DNA of 64,000 nt from the human T2T-CHM13v2.0 reference genome, Homo sapiens, in assembly GCF_009914755.1 (NCBI RefSeq), contig NC_060934.1; one strand, given 5' to 3'. The notes under the pieces were generated by a model, which saw nothing but the letters and a program-made list of their open reading frames with translations, did not search any database and was not told the DNA's origin. The translations under genes and the position numbers were made by a program. Shown here in pieces: positions 11,706 to 25,329 of this stretch; the stretch's first letter is position 1, and each line of letters starts with the position of its first letter.

Positions 11706-13688
11706 TAGCGTGTGTCTGCTTCTGTTTCCATGCATTTCTCTTCAGAGATTTAACTAGTGCTGATAACTATGGACAGTTACTAGCATGCATAGGTTTATTG
11801 TTCTAGAAGGAACAGGTTTTTGATTGAACAATCAAACCACACATGGACGCCAACACATCTACGAATCATATTCTTTGGAAATGTCATCTTTCTCTATTTC
11901 CTTTGCTGCTTTGGTGCAGGCTGGCAAGATGAACGATCTGTAATTGTTTGAAGACTTTTGGCCTCAGGTATTAAAAAGCAAAATTGAAACCAGTTTCCTG
12001 AGTTAATTTTCATATTGTTCACTGAATTCCCTATTTTGTGCTTACAGAAGCATAAAGAGTTCAAGTCATTTTCTGCGTAAGATGCTTGGTTTGCAGCAAA
12101 CTGCTGGTGACATTACTTCATCTGACGACTGTTCCTTAAAAATAAGTTATTCATGCCAAGGAAGAGGATGATCATCAGAGAATGGAAACCCTGATTAAGT
12201 ATTTTTTGAGCTACTAAGTTTGTCTTCAGAGCCTGATGACTTCCCAGTTTTAATCAAGAAATTAATCAACTAATTTAATCAAGAAATCCCCTGGTGGGGG
12301 GAAATAAATACCTGTAAAAGTTAAACCAATGTATACATAAAGTACTTACTTAAGGGGACTGTCGAGCTTTACAGCTTCAAAAAAATCCATTTTAAAAAAT
12401 TACTTTTTAGGTTACCTGCATTTTTATGAATATTTTGAAATAGTGCATTGAAAAATCTGAACAATTAAACATGCAATAAGAAAATAAGTAATGTAGTAGT
12501 ATTAAATTCATTAAACAAAGTTCTTCATATAAACTTTCAGTTTAGTTAATGTAATTTGAGTAATTAAAATTCTGAAAAATTCACAAATATGAATATTGTT
12601 TCATCTGAGTTTGGTCAAAATAATTTGAAAAAAAGTCAATTTCCTGATAATATACAGACCACTTGAATAAACTCAATTAAATTGTGCTCAATTATTATTT
12701 ATTTTTAGATGTAAGCTTTTTTCCTGAAAACAAACAATAATTTATTATGAAATTTTATCTTGACAATGTGTTAACTTCAAAGCCAAGATGGAAGAAATAA
12801 AAGAAACATCCTGAAAATGAATGAAAGCAATTATGTTCTACTCAGGAAACTCTAACATCAGATAATGATACAAATAGTGATGTAATTAGAAAATGTTTTT
12901 AACCATTGAGAAAATTAAATAGGAAAAAAACATTTTTTCAGGGGCCGCAAGATAAAGAACTTCATATTTTATAATAAATCGTCACTGAAGTGACACAGGT
13001 ACTGACTAAAACAACCACAGGACAGGCAGAGGCTGTCAGCCACCAGGGTACAGTGCCAGAGTGACTCACTTCAGGAGGCAGAAATATGCATGCAAATAGT
13101 GTTCAAGTAGATTCCAAATGTTGTATACTTAATGGGGATTTTCTATTCAAAAATAGACTTTGAAACTTTTAAGAGCTACCAAAAATTTGCAATCCTCAGT
13201 GTCCCGTAGCACACCTGTAGTCCTCAGAGACAGACCAGAGGCCTTGGCACACTGCGTGCAAAGGGAAAATTAAAACACGGGAAGAAGTTTCAAAACCTTT
13301 CAGGCTCCACTCAACCTAAACTACACTCTCAACCCCCATCTCCCACCTCCAACTTTGCTCTCAACGTTAATGGAGTCTCCAAATTAAGAAAACTTTACCC
13401 AGAAGGAAAGTGTAGCCCTTTAGACCAATGGCTGTTCATGGGGATATGTGGAGGTCCAGGCAAGGAATGTTAGGGAAGAAATGGCCTCCTGAGGACCTCC
13501 CAAAATCCCTTGGCAGACTTCTTCCAAATATCCTGCAATGCATCAGAATGCAGGTTAACAAACAGACAGGCTGTGAGAATGTTTGGTCAGGAGAAAGCCA
13601 CATGACCCATGACCCACTGCTCCTTTAAACGGCCAACAAATCAAAGGAAAATGAAGTGCAGGTTATTTATCAACTGAGCTACACTCAC

Positions 13689-13874
13689 ATAAGTAGAAAT
13701 CTTCCCGGTTTCTCTCCACTGAAACCGTAACATTGCAATTCTGCTGTTGTTTTTCACTTCATAGACTATGACACCCTTGGCACAGATCCCCAGGGCCATC
13801 TCCTCTTCTGGCCTCCTCTTCTCTGAGAATACTTGGTGAACCAGCACACCGTATTCTGGGAGCTGCTGAGTGAC
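13689..13874 (-). CDS. FRMPD2: FRMPD2 exon 14 (FERM F2/F3), 186 nt, phase 0-0
   Basis: ctccag|GTCACT ... ACTTAT|gtgagt; [62 protein letters not shown]. Confidence 0.95.
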
Positions 13875-14976
13875 CTGGAGCAGAAAAAGGCTGATTTAGA
13901 AGAGACAGGCACATGGTTTAAAATAATGGGCCTCACGCCATTCACTCCATGCAAAACACACTGATAGGCGTTCTGAAAAGAAAGAGTAGAATTGTCATGT
14001 AAGTTTAGGAAACACTGGGTCAAACAGATTTATTTGCTATGTACAAAATTTCTCTGCACCTCTGATATGATAGAATTTTCCTTTTTTTTTTTTTTTGTAA
14101 CCCAAGGAATACTTTTCTCATGGAATACCTAAAACAGTACTTAGAATACAGTTATTATGAAAATAACACAGTACAATAATAATATTCTGAACAAGTTTTT
14201 TAGAATTCATACTCTTCTGGGACATCTCAAGGTAAGAGATTTCTTTTCCTTGTTGTGTCAGAGTCTATAGTATTCTCTGTTCCAATCCCTTTACGTGACA
14301 GATAGAAAAACTGAGGCTAAGGCACAGAAAGTGACCTTCCAGATCACCAATGTTAGTTGTGAACCACCCTGCAGAGAAAATGACCATTCATTTTGGTGCT
14401 CCTCACCATGTAGCAATGCCTTCGTGGGGGTCCCCGTAGCCCAGGGTCTTGCCTCTGTTTACCAGGTTAGGGGAATAAATTTTGCCAGGGGCCATGGGTC
14501 AGTTGGAGCTGGGGACTGCGTTAGGCCACCAACTTCTTAAGAGACCAAAGTATAAAATGAACACAAATGTTTCTACATCTGAATGGCAGTAACTTTCCCA
14601 CCTTCATCTTCACCAGGAAGACGCCAGTCCCCATCAGAAGGTTGATGTGTCTCTGGGACCCACAGCAAGGACCTCTTGCTCCAGGCATTTGAAGCCCTCT
14701 CAGAAGGGTTGTATTGCTGAAATCTGGTATCCCATTCCTACCCCCAACCAGAGAGCATAATGTCCTATCCAATCTCTCTCACCCCCAGGCAAGGTCACAA
14801 AAACAGGGACAAATTATGGCTTTTGAGAGCTCCTCTCTCAGGCTCCTTTCCCATTCACCGTTGATGAAGTCCATGCAGACAGCTATGCTGCCTGCAGACT
14901 CCACAGCTCTTCACACAGGGTTCAGATTACATTTCTGAACCCTAAGCCTCCTTCGTTTAACTTTGGAGAGACCCTG

Positions 14977-15035
14977 TCATCATCGTCATCATCATCATTA
15001 TCATCATCATCATCATCAATATCCTTATCATCATA
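14977..15035. repeat. (ATC)n microsatellite, imperfect
   Basis: tcatcatcgtcatcatcatcattatcatcatcatcatcatc. Confidence 0.85.
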
Positions 15036-18000
15036 CAAATCAATATTTATTGAGCGCTGGTGCTGAAATATCCAGTGGCCAGCCTGGGCATGTGATTAAA
15101 GTTTAAAAAGCAGGGCCACCACAAGATAATAGGCAGACGCTTTTAAAGAATTTGGTGTGATATTTCTTTTAAAAATTAAGCATTAATAAGTAGTCATTAA
15201 AAGTCATTAATAAAAGTCATGCCTTTGCTAGACTTAAACTTCTTCAGTTGTTTAGTATTAGTTTATATTTTAATTTATTGTTTACCTATACAAAGAGAGA
15301 TACGATGCTTTTCAGTTCTCTGGGCCTCAAGATTCCTACTAGTAAAGCACCATGCTAAGCCTCTCCCAGCATGATTTCATTATTATTTAATCTTCAGAAC
15401 AATCACAGAGATAGTGAAGCTATCCTTTTTCTAAGTAATCTGTCCAAGTTCCTGCTTTGGAGCCAGGAATGGAAATATGGAAAGATGAGCCTGTTTGCTC
15501 CTGAGTCTTCACTCTTAACAACTGAAATACAGGGAATCCAAAAGGCCTGGAAACATAGGTGAATACACTTAATGTTGTCAATGACATCTTCAATCTGTAA
15601 AACAATAAAATAATGATGTCTACCTCCATTTGCTGTCTGCTAGGGAGTCTCCTAGGATGCTTCTCCTGGCCCCCTTTGCATTGCTATTGCTGGGTGTCCT
15701 TTCAGAGGGTCATTTCCTCTCCATGTGCTTTGGGCCATCTTACTACAAGGCCTGTCTTCCTTACAACAGGTAGCAAAGTTGAGATGGGACCAAGCACTCC
15801 TGGCTGCCAGCCACACATCCCTTGCTGCATTGAACATTCTTCAAAACAAATGGATTGTTATTTCTGAATATTCATCAAGGGGTTCAGAATTCATCTTCTC
15901 TGACCTTATAACTCCACCTGTGGGTATCTACCCTAAGAAAATATGCTGAATAATCAGGACAACCCCTTCTCATAATGCTGTTCAGTACAGATTTGTGGGG
16001 TGATTTGGGGAAACCAGCTCCTGGCAGTAAACGATTTCCTAAAAACAGTACTGTCTTAAAATTGATTATCAGGCAGCCTTTACAAAGGATATTTGTAAAG
16101 CATTTGTAATTATCAGGAGAGTGCATTTGTTATAATGCTAAGTGGAAGAAACTACAGGATACAATCATTATGATTTCAATAGCAAGAAAAAAATCTTTTA
16201 ATAATATATTAACAACCCACAGCTATGTGGGAAAATGGCTCCATGGTTGAGGAAGTTAGGAAAACACTGAATTCACCTTAAACAGGTTATTCTGAGATTA
16301 ATAAGCTAATATAGTTGTGAATCTACAGACAGACTATGGTATTCAGCGCTTCCCAAACTGGACTTTTGCCCAGTCTGTGGCTAGTACAAGGTGCTGAACT
16401 TTCAGAGTTAGTCATCAGTGAACTGGGGACCAAGAGCTAGCCTCCCAATAATGGTCTTCTCCTTTTTCTAATGAAAAACAAGAGCCATGAGGAGCTATAA
16501 TTAAATAATCCAGTGATTGCTTGTAGAATAGTAACTGGGCTCTGTGATGGGCACTGAGGATCCACGGCCTTCCAGGCATTTATAGCCCAGTAGAAGAGAT
16601 GGAAAATGTCCAGAAATGACGGCTGCACGAGGTGTCTTAGCAATATATATCAACAACGTTCAAAATGTTTATTACCTTCCACCCTGTAATTCCACTTATG
16701 AGATTCTATCCCTAAGGAATGAAGCAGAAATACAGCTAAGATTTATATGGAAAAGATGCTAACCTCAGTATTGTTTTAAATAGTCCCATATTGGAAACCA
16801 TTTATATGTTAAACAATAGAGCATTGAGAGAAAAAATTAGAGTACAATATATGTTAATTCAAAAGAAGTTTTCAAATGTTTAGATCTATGGGATTATATA
16901 CATACATAAAAGTGCATGTATAATATAAAGCTAATTTTAAATATATATGCATATACATATATATATGAATGCACAGAACAAAGAGAGAAGGATGAATATA
17001 CCTAAATGTAACTGTGCTATCTCCAGGCGGCAGAATTATGAGGAAATGTTTACTTTTATAATCAGGGAGGGGGAGAAAACCTTTAACAAACCCTCATCCT
17101 AATGAGAGGCTCCCAATGTGCTCTGGGGATGATGACAAAGCCCTGTCTAGTTTATCTCTCTGTACCACAGGCAGGCAACACCAGCATTAACAACCCCAAC
17201 CAGTTTACCAAGGGAAACTGCAAAAGCAAGAGTGCTCCTTGAAACCGATAAAGATTACATGTAAATGGAATCAAATCTATTCAGTGCTTTCTGTGAATGG
17301 GGAAAAAAATGGTTTTCTGTATTTTTGCTTCTCAGCCTGGTAGTTTCTTTTACAATCATTTTTCATCGTTCAACCAGGAAGCGAGGGACCCTGACAGTGA
17401 GATCAGCACTCAAAGTCAGGGTCTGGGCAGAGGCCAGAAGGTAGCGTCCATCCTGCAGACATCTGCCGCAGGGTTGGGTCCTTGGCCTCTAGATTGGGTT
17501 CTGCAGTTCTGTGGCTCTGTGACCACTCATTATCAGATGGCTTTGAAGTCCCCACTGGTCCCTCATCAAGGGAATGCTTCGTCCCCTTGACAGGGAACAC
17601 GTGTGCAGCCCGGACTATGGAGTGCCCTGATCATGCTTCGCCAGTGCTTCTCAAATGAAACGCTTGCAGGCTACACCATGTTAGATACAGGGATAGTTCT
17701 GCAAAATGACCAGCTGAAAAGCAAAGGCCCAACCTCATGTTGGCTGTTCTGTTTTCAAGTACCCATCTCAATTAAGGGCAAGAAAACACAGATGGAATAT
17801 TTCTACCTGACTTCTGTACAGGGAAATACACAAATCTCCTAACTTCCTTTTAAAACTGCTCCCCCAATCAAATGGCCCAGCTTGTATCCCATCCTGGGGA
17901 AGCTGCGAGTGTCCTCGCACTTATCCCCCAGCTGTATCTGCACAGGCAGAGTAGCCACTCTCTCCCTGGTCCCCACATCTTGACATAGAGTAGCTGGTAT

Positions 18001-18441
18001 TGTTCTTGTTCCATTGAGTGTTTATTGAGTTGTGTGCCTGTGGGTAGACCGCAGTCCTCCCCACAAGACATGGGGCTTCCTGGGGACAAAGAGCATGTGC
18101 TTTTTGTCTCCATTTTCCAGTGCCTGGCCCACAGCAAGGGGAGATTGTGGAGTAGCAAAGACTATTCATCATTGTGTGTGCCCACACGGGGAGACTGCAG
18201 TGCCACTGTTTTTGCCCCGCTGGTGAAGAGACGGTGGGCCCAAGCTGCACTCCTGTGCACAGGCCACAGCAGCTGTGCTATGTTGAGGACTGCTGCCTGC
18301 AGGGCTGCAAACTTAGGGTCTTGTGATGGCTTTTCTCTGGCTCAAGCGCTGATCTTGTACTTCCGTTGTCCTATGTGTCAACTATAAGAAATGTGGTCTC
18401 CCTGCTTGGAGGAAAGTGTCTGGAATGCTGATCTAAGATTT

Positions 18442-18655
18442 GTCCGGGCACAGTGGCTCCCACCTGTAGTCCCAGCACTTTGGGAGGCCAAGGCAGGTGG
18501 ATCACCTAAGGTCAGGAGTTTGAGACCAGCCTGGCCAACATGGGAAAACCCTGTCTCTACTAAAATACAAAAATTAGCTGGGTATGGTGGCAGGCGCCTG
18601 TAATCCCAGAGCGAGACTCCATCTCAAAAAAATAAATAAATAAAATAAAAAATAA
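18442..18655 (+). mobile_element. AluS with internal right-arm deletion
   Basis: Full left arm, then cctgtaatcccag joined directly to agcgagactccatctc and A-tail. Confidence 0.93.
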
Positions 18656-18894
18656 GGAAAAGCCCTACCACACCCACCCCAGCTCACTAAATCCTACCCT
18701 CTTTGGGGTCATTTCCAATGCCAGCTGCTTCCAGAAGCCTCTCCTTGCCCCTCCCTGCCTCCTAGAGTTCCACCCTTGCTCATGCCTCCTTGTGGGTCTG
18801 CACACACCTGGGCCCCTTGAGAAGGCTCTGGAGGGGATTGCTGGCTGCATTCCCTTGAAGACCAACACCTCTCTCCAGGTCAGGAAGGCCTTAC

Positions 18895-19050
18895 CCTCAA
18901 GAACTTCAGCTCAGCATCCTCTCCCCACAGTGCAGAGCTGAGCCGGTGCATCTCTGAGACTTCAACCTGGACCCGTAGAGCGGTCATCCTCTCGATCAGA
19001 CTCGCTGGGATGTAATCTTCAACGTGAAAGTATGGCTTACTCTCCACCTG
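18895..19050 (-). CDS. FRMPD2: FRMPD2 exon 13 (FERM F2), 156 nt (153 nt with the distal NAGNAG acceptor), phase 0-0
   Basis: ttccag|CAG|GTG ... TTGAGG|gtaagg; [52 protein letters not shown]. Confidence 0.95.
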
Positions 19051-20234
19051 CTGGAAGTAAGATGTAGAAGGGAAGGGCACAATCCAGACACTGGCCGGGG
19101 GACTCTGAGAGGAATGAAAACATTATCTGTAGTCACAATTCCAGGAGGGCGCCAGAGAAAGACACTTCCTCGAGGTGCCCACCTGGGATATTATTTTCTA
19201 CTATATTAAAAACGGGGCCAAACCCTAGGACATGAACAGAAAAGAGAGAGTAAAGGAGCTGTTTTTGAGCCCCTTTTTATGCCAGGTAGTTCACAGAACA
19301 CATAAGGCTTTTCTGATTCTCACAGGAATACTCTGAAGATGGCATTGTCATTGCCATTGACAAGACAAGCAAGGAGAGAGGTCACTCAACAGGGCGAAGA
19401 TCACACCACTTGGAAGTGACAGAAACAAGATGTGTTCACCTCAAACCCTCACACTTTCCACGATGCCACACCTTACCAAAAGGCATAGCAAAACCCTGGC
19501 CCTAAAACTCTATGTTGTTTTTTTTTTAATTCATTTAGCATTTCTGTCTACATGCACTCCCAGAACATTGTCTCTTCTCACCAAGGAGGTCTTAGCTTTG
19601 GCATCATTGCTGCACATGAAGGTGTTCAAGGAGTAGCCCCCTGGAAAAGGGGAGACTGGATACCCCCAGCCCACCTTCATCAAGTCTGTTCTTTGGGAGA
19701 CTGAGGCTGCATCCCCCCAGGAGAGGGTGGCAGGTGGAATCACTCACTGCTTGATGGTGAGTTCCCTGAACACAGACTCTGGGGCAGGTAAAAGTCTGCA
19801 GAAGTCCATGCAGGAGTGATCTTGAGGTCCACTATACAGAATGAGGAATGCAGGATCAGGCAGAGGGAGAAGCTGACCCTGCCTTTGTATTCCCAGATCA
19901 ACATGTCCTGGTCTCAGGAAGCCTTTCCCAGCCTAACCCTGGGCAAGCCATTTCCCTCCAGTTGAGGGCAGTTACTCATGAGGAAGGCAAGTGGGAGCTG
20001 GGAGAATCTGGCCTCACTGGGGCTGGGGGTGAATGAGTTGGCCTGAGTGGGGTATCTGAAGAGAAGAGCACAGTGTCCACTACCTCCCACACTCCTGATG
20101 TAGCATGTCCCCATGTGGCCATGGACCAAGAATCCTCAGGTTGGTGCTGGCCCATGCTGGTTTTGAGCTCAGCTCCACCACAAACAGAGAGATATTGTTC
20201 AGCAGGCTAGTGCATAAAAAAGCATTTAGAATGC

Positions 20235-21565
20235 TCTTAGCATGGCCAAATTCCAGAACACTGGCAACACCATGCTGGTGAGGATGTGGAACAACAGGAA
20301 CTCTCAGTCGTTGCTGGTGGGATTGCAAAATGGTACAGCCATTTTAGAATACAGTTTGGTTGTTTTTCATAAAACTAAACATATGCTTACCATATGATTG
20401 AGCAATTTGCTCCTTGGTAATTACCAAAAGGAGTTGAGAACTTATGTCCACACAAAAACCTGCACACAGATGTTTATAACAGCCTTATTCATAATTGCCA
20501 AAACTTGGAAGCAAATGATGTCCCTCAGTGGGTGAATGGATAAATAAACTGTTACATCCAGACAATGAAATATTGTCCAGTGCTAAAAAAAAAATGAGCT
20601 GTCAAGCCTTGAAAAGACATGGAAGAGTCTGAAATGCATATTACTAGGTGAAAGAAGTAGGTCTGTAAAGGCTACTTACTGTATGATCATAACTATATGA
20701 TATTCTGGAAAATGCAAAACTATGGAAGTATAAAAAGATCAGGAGTTTGGAGGCAGGGAGAAATAAATAAGTGGAGCACAGAGGATTTTTAGGGCCATGA
20801 AATTACTCTGTAAGATACTTGAAAGTTGGTTATACAAATTGAGTAATTCTTGTCATATCCAACTAAATCAGAGACCGGGAGCCAGGAAGAAAATGAACTC
20901 GGGGCACATAGCACCTGCTCCAAGAATTAAATTTTTCCATAAGCCCAACTACTGAAAGGACTTGCTGTAACCCTAAGACCAGTTTTACCTAGTAGCTGCC
21001 GAAAAGATCTGCTGGGACTCTAAGACTTGTTTTACCTCCCACTGTCACTTACCAATCAGTTTTCAGTTCCCAAAAGCTTCTCAAGTGCTGATGAGTTTTC
21101 TTTCAAAACTATAACATTTTTATTCCTAATAAAAATCCCAACGTTCTCTCTGTTCGTGAGACACACCAAAGACCACCCAGTCTGTGAGTATACCCCAAAC
21201 TGCAATTCTTGCTTCCCAAATAAATTGTTTTAAATTTAGAGATTCATCTCCATATTCTATTTGACTTCAACAATAGCATAATGGTAGATACATGTCTTTA
21301 TACATTTGTCAAAACCCATAGAATGTACAACATCAAGAGTAAACCTCAGTGTAAACTATGAGCTCTCAGTGGTAATGGTGTGTCAATGTAGGTTCATTGA
21401 TTGTAACAAATGTACATTCTGGTGCAGGATTTTTATGGTGTCTGTAGGAGAAGGCTGTGCATGTAGAGGGGCAAGGGATATATGAAAAATCCCTGTATTT
21501 TCAATTCAAATTTACTGTGAATCTAAAAATTCTCCAAACATTAAAGTCTATTAAAACTTTTTTTA
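20235..21565 (+). mobile_element. L1MB/L1MC 3' region interrupted by an LTR
   Basis: tgctggtgaggatgtggaacaacaggaactctca...; resumes ataatggtagatacatgtc...atacatttgtcaaaacccatagaatgtacaac. Confidence 0.85.
20820..21272 (+). mobile_element. ERV1-type solo LTR inserted in L1 (family uncertain)
   Basis: tgaaagttgg...accaatcag...aataaaaatcccaac...cccaaataaa...ttgacttcaaca; L1 is contiguous on either side. Confidence 0.7.
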
Positions 21566-22756
21566 AGTGTTTAGGATCTTTGATCCAGGATCCTTCTGGT
21601 AGGAATATATCCAAGAGAAAAGTCCATATGGGACTGAAAAAGCTCTGCGGTCAAGTACACTTATTTTTATGGCATTTATAAAACAGAAAAATCAGACGCA
21701 ATTTAAATGATAATAATAGTAGTTATCACTTACATGGTGCTACTGGGTGAATACCCCACAATACAAGAATGAAGAAGTGAAGGAAGACTGGGAAGGCATG
21801 GCAGGCTGCCAATCCAGAGGATCACTAGGAAGGCCACCGGAGGACATGTACCATTGAGTGAGAAAGAATGCAAATTGAATGTGGTGAAGTTCACAACTGT
21901 GTAAAAACCCCCGCATGTGATCAAGGCAGGGAGAGAATGCACCCAGAGGAAAGTTATTCTGCTGTGATGATGTGATTAAGGAGATTTATTTTTATACTAA
22001 ATTGTCTTTGTCTCCCTTTTTAAAATGCAAATGTAATCATGTTGCTTCCCTGTTTAAAATTCTTCAGGGGCTCCCAATCTTTCACAACAGTGGTTTCCAA
22101 ATTATTTTTTTTCAGCACCAGAACCATTTATCAAACAAAACATAAGCCCCTTAGGAGGCCACACTAAGTCTTCCCAGATATAACAGGTGGCCCCCACCCA
22201 GCTTCACAGCCACCGAGGCTCAGGCAGCGGACAGGCCAGACTTCTCCTCTTGCCCATTCAGTGACACAGAGAGGGGCTCTCCTCTCTGAGGCCTCACTCA
22301 ATGACCTTTGAAGTGTCCATTGCAGCACCTGGCATATAGCAAAGCAATGTGAAGTGAGCCCTGGTTGCGCTCTTTCTAGCTTACCTAACCTCACAGAGTC
22401 ACAACTTTCTCAATGGCAAATGTAAATAGCACCGGCTTTTCCGGGTTGATTTAAGAATTCAATGGTGCCAAGCCCAGAGCAGGCCTCCCATAAATTAAGA
22501 CTAAGTGGTTGTATAAATGAATGGGTTTGTGTAAACCTGTTGGCCTTTACATACGTGAGAAAGGAAAAAGGTCTGCCTTTGGGGGCCACATGGGGGCAGC
22601 AGAGAGCACCTCAGAAATGTCCTCAGGGCACTAGACAGGTTAAGGCTTGGCAGGATCTGGGGATGGGGAAGCAGAAGGAGAATGAGATGACACTAAGCCA
22701 GAAGCAGGGTGAGATCAGTCAGAAACTGGACGGGCACAGGAAAGCACCATAATGGA

Positions 22757-23329
22757 GTGTTGGTGCTGGTCCATTTTATGTGTCAACTTGACTGGGCCAT
22801 GGGGTGCCCAGATATTTGGTCAAATATTCTGGGTGTGACTGTGAGGGTGTTTTTGGACATGACTGACAGTTAAATCCATAGACTGAGTAAAGCAGATGGC
22901 CCTCCCTAAAGTGAATGTACCTCATTCAATCTGTTGAAGGACTGAATTAAACAAAAAGACTGACCCTCCTGTAGAGAAGCAGCTCCTCTCTGCCTGACTC
23001 TCTTCATGCCAGTTCTTCTCTTGCCTTTGGATTCAGGCTTGGACTGGAACTGCACCATTGGCCCTCCCGGGTTTACAGCCTGCTAACTACACAGCTTGAG
23101 GCTTCTCAGCCTACATAACCACATGAGCCAATGCCTTCTAATACATCTCTAGATAGACAGACAGAAAGACATATAGATGACAGATAGATAATAGACAGAT
23201 ACATAGGCAGATGATAGATACATAGATGATGGATAGATAGATATAGATAGATAGATAGATAGATAGATAGATGATAAATAGATGGATATCTTATCAGTTC
23301 TGTTTCTCTAGAGAACCTAGACTATTATA
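22757..23329 (+). mobile_element. MLT2 (ERVL) LTR containing a (GATA)n tract
   Basis: ttttatgtgtcaacttgactgggccatggggtgcccagatatttggtcaaa...ttctgtttctctagagaacctagacta. Confidence 0.88.
23150..23285. repeat. (GATA)n/(GACA)n compound STR
   Basis: atagatagatagatagatagatag core at about 23233-23275. Confidence 0.9.
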
Positions 23330-24425
23330 GGCTCATAGAGACAGGTCTGGGCCCCTGGAACCCTGGGGCAAGAGACTCTGCTGGACTGACTCCAGGTCTG
23401 AGTAAGAGACTATTACTCAAACTCCCACCTGCCTCCAGTGGATCTGGCCTGCTGTCCCCAACAACTCTAAGTGCTAGAGTTAAACTCAGGTTTGACATCC
23501 TGTATCTGAATCTACAGACTGAAGGTTAGCAGTTGTGTCATTTTATATCAGAGCACTATAATGCTGGAGGAGGTAGAAGGAAAGCTTGCAAGCAGCAGTT
23601 GTCACATGCTAGATACCACACATGAATTGCCATCTTTCACCCTTACAGCAGTTTTGCAAGAGATTGATGATTATTTTCCATTTTGCAGATGAAAAAGCCA
23701 AGGCTCAGAGAGAAAACATGCCAAGGCCATATAGCTACTGAACCAGAGGCCACAGCAAGAATGTCAACTGATTCACTGGGACACTCCTGGCTTAGAGCAC
23801 CCTCCTCCCAGGACTTCCCAATGTAGCACCACCCGAAGCTGGCCTAGGCATGAAAAGGGCCCCAGGCCTGGGTACTGAGGGCAGGAAGGAGTTCAAGGGT
23901 AAGCAGTGACAGGGATTGTCAAAAGGGCAGGGAGGAGGTTAAGAGGGCCAGGCCAGCTCTGAGACACTGCCTCCCTGGGGCAGTGTCAGGGGCAGAAAGT
24001 GAAGTTCCAGTATCCATGGACCAGGGTAGTCCCAGGAGAGGGGACAGAGGGGAATTGAACTATACAGTCCCCTGACAAGCCAGCTGCTGATGTTCTGATG
24101 GATTACTGTTATCTGTAGTGTCTTCCAGTCCGGGAGTTTCAACTCCATTCATTCACAGCTCTTGAACAAACTCCCTGCGCTTCAAGTACTGCTTTGGTGC
24201 TGGATAAATGGCTACACCAAACAGACAAAAACACCCTTACCCTCAGGTGTTTTCTATGCTAATGACCAATAAAATGAATTCATCATCCCACATGATGACA
24301 AATGCTGTGAACAAAAACCCAGCAGGGTGAGGGAATACACAGGGACTTTGAAGACCCCAGGACACAGCAGCGCCTTCTGAAGCTGTACCGGGAGGAAAGC
24401 AAGACAATGTTGGGAGAGTCTGAGA

Positions 24426-24675
24426 AGTGTTTTCAAACCGCAGTCTGTAACCAATTGGTGAGCTATGAATCAATTTAGGGGCCCATAATCAGCATTTTTA
24501 AAACGAATGAGAATATAATAGGAGATATCAATGTGCATTGCATATAGAAAGGATGCTCCTTATTTCCTGAGGTTTTTGCTTCAGTTCTGTTCTATATACA
24601 TGTGTAGGTGTTGGGTTTTAATGTCCATTTATCCATGGGACATGGCAAAAAAAATTTTACAACCCACTGTTCTCA
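24426..24675. mobile_element. hAT-Charlie MITE (family uncertain)
   Basis: agtgttttcaaaccgcag...ttttacaacccactg terminal inverted repeats. Confidence 0.6.
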
Positions 24676-24862
24676 CTGTTTTAACTGTTGGGCTTGTCCT
24701 TGCTCTTTAATCCAGTTCCAGAACCAAGGCAGGCAAGTTATAACCAAGGTCACTCACAGCCCTCCCTCTCTATCCCACATACCCTGTGAGGAATAAGACA
24801 CAGAACTCTGCGAAGGTGTCCACACCCAGTGGTGGCTACTGTTCCTCCTTCTCAGACTCAGG

Positions 24863-25249
24863 GTGTACTAATCTACTAGGGTTGCCATAACAAATACTAA
24901 CTAGGGGGCTTAAACAATAGAAGTTCATTTTCTCATAGTTCTGGGGACTGGAAGTCCAAGACCAAGGCTTCTGCAGGTTTGGTTTCTCCCAAGGACTCTC
25001 TCCTTGGCTTGCAGAAAGCCCCCTTCTCCCTGTGTCCTCACATGGCCTTTCCTCTGTACTTGTGCCTCCATGGTGTTTCTTTGTGTGTCCAAATTTCTTC
25101 TTCTTATAAGGGCACCAGTCAGATTGGATTAGGGCCCACCCTAACAGCCTCATCTCAAATTAATCACCTTTTTAAAGGCCCTAACTCCAAGTACTGTTAA
25201 TTAGGGGTTCTACATATGAATTTTGGGGCTCAAGACTCAGCCTATAACA
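24863..25249 (-). mobile_element. MLT1A/B/C-type MaLR LTR
   Basis: ctagggttgccataacaaatac...ttcttataagggcaccagtcagattggattagggccc...cagcctataaca. Confidence 0.88.
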
Positions 25250-25329
25250 TAAGGCCAGACCCCGATGACGTAGCAGACTAGAACTTTAGGTAAACATGGC
25301 TCCTTTATTCACCAATGATGTAGCATCTC

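Larger units (their letters stand above)
9100..12200 (-). mobile_element. Degenerate hAT Charlie/Buster-type transposase fossil, interrupted by Alu, MADE1 and Zaphod-like insertions
   Basis: Minus strand from 9719 reads LNKLNIKLSGLHESLSVCTDKVYGFQANIRL*K; HHRIHRVAA near 10330; FILPACTKAAK near 11920; boundaries approximate. Confidence 0.6.

Noticed and set aside
12349-12370. ttaagggg as a Kolobok/piggyBac terminus
   Set aside because: No matching inverted terminus found.
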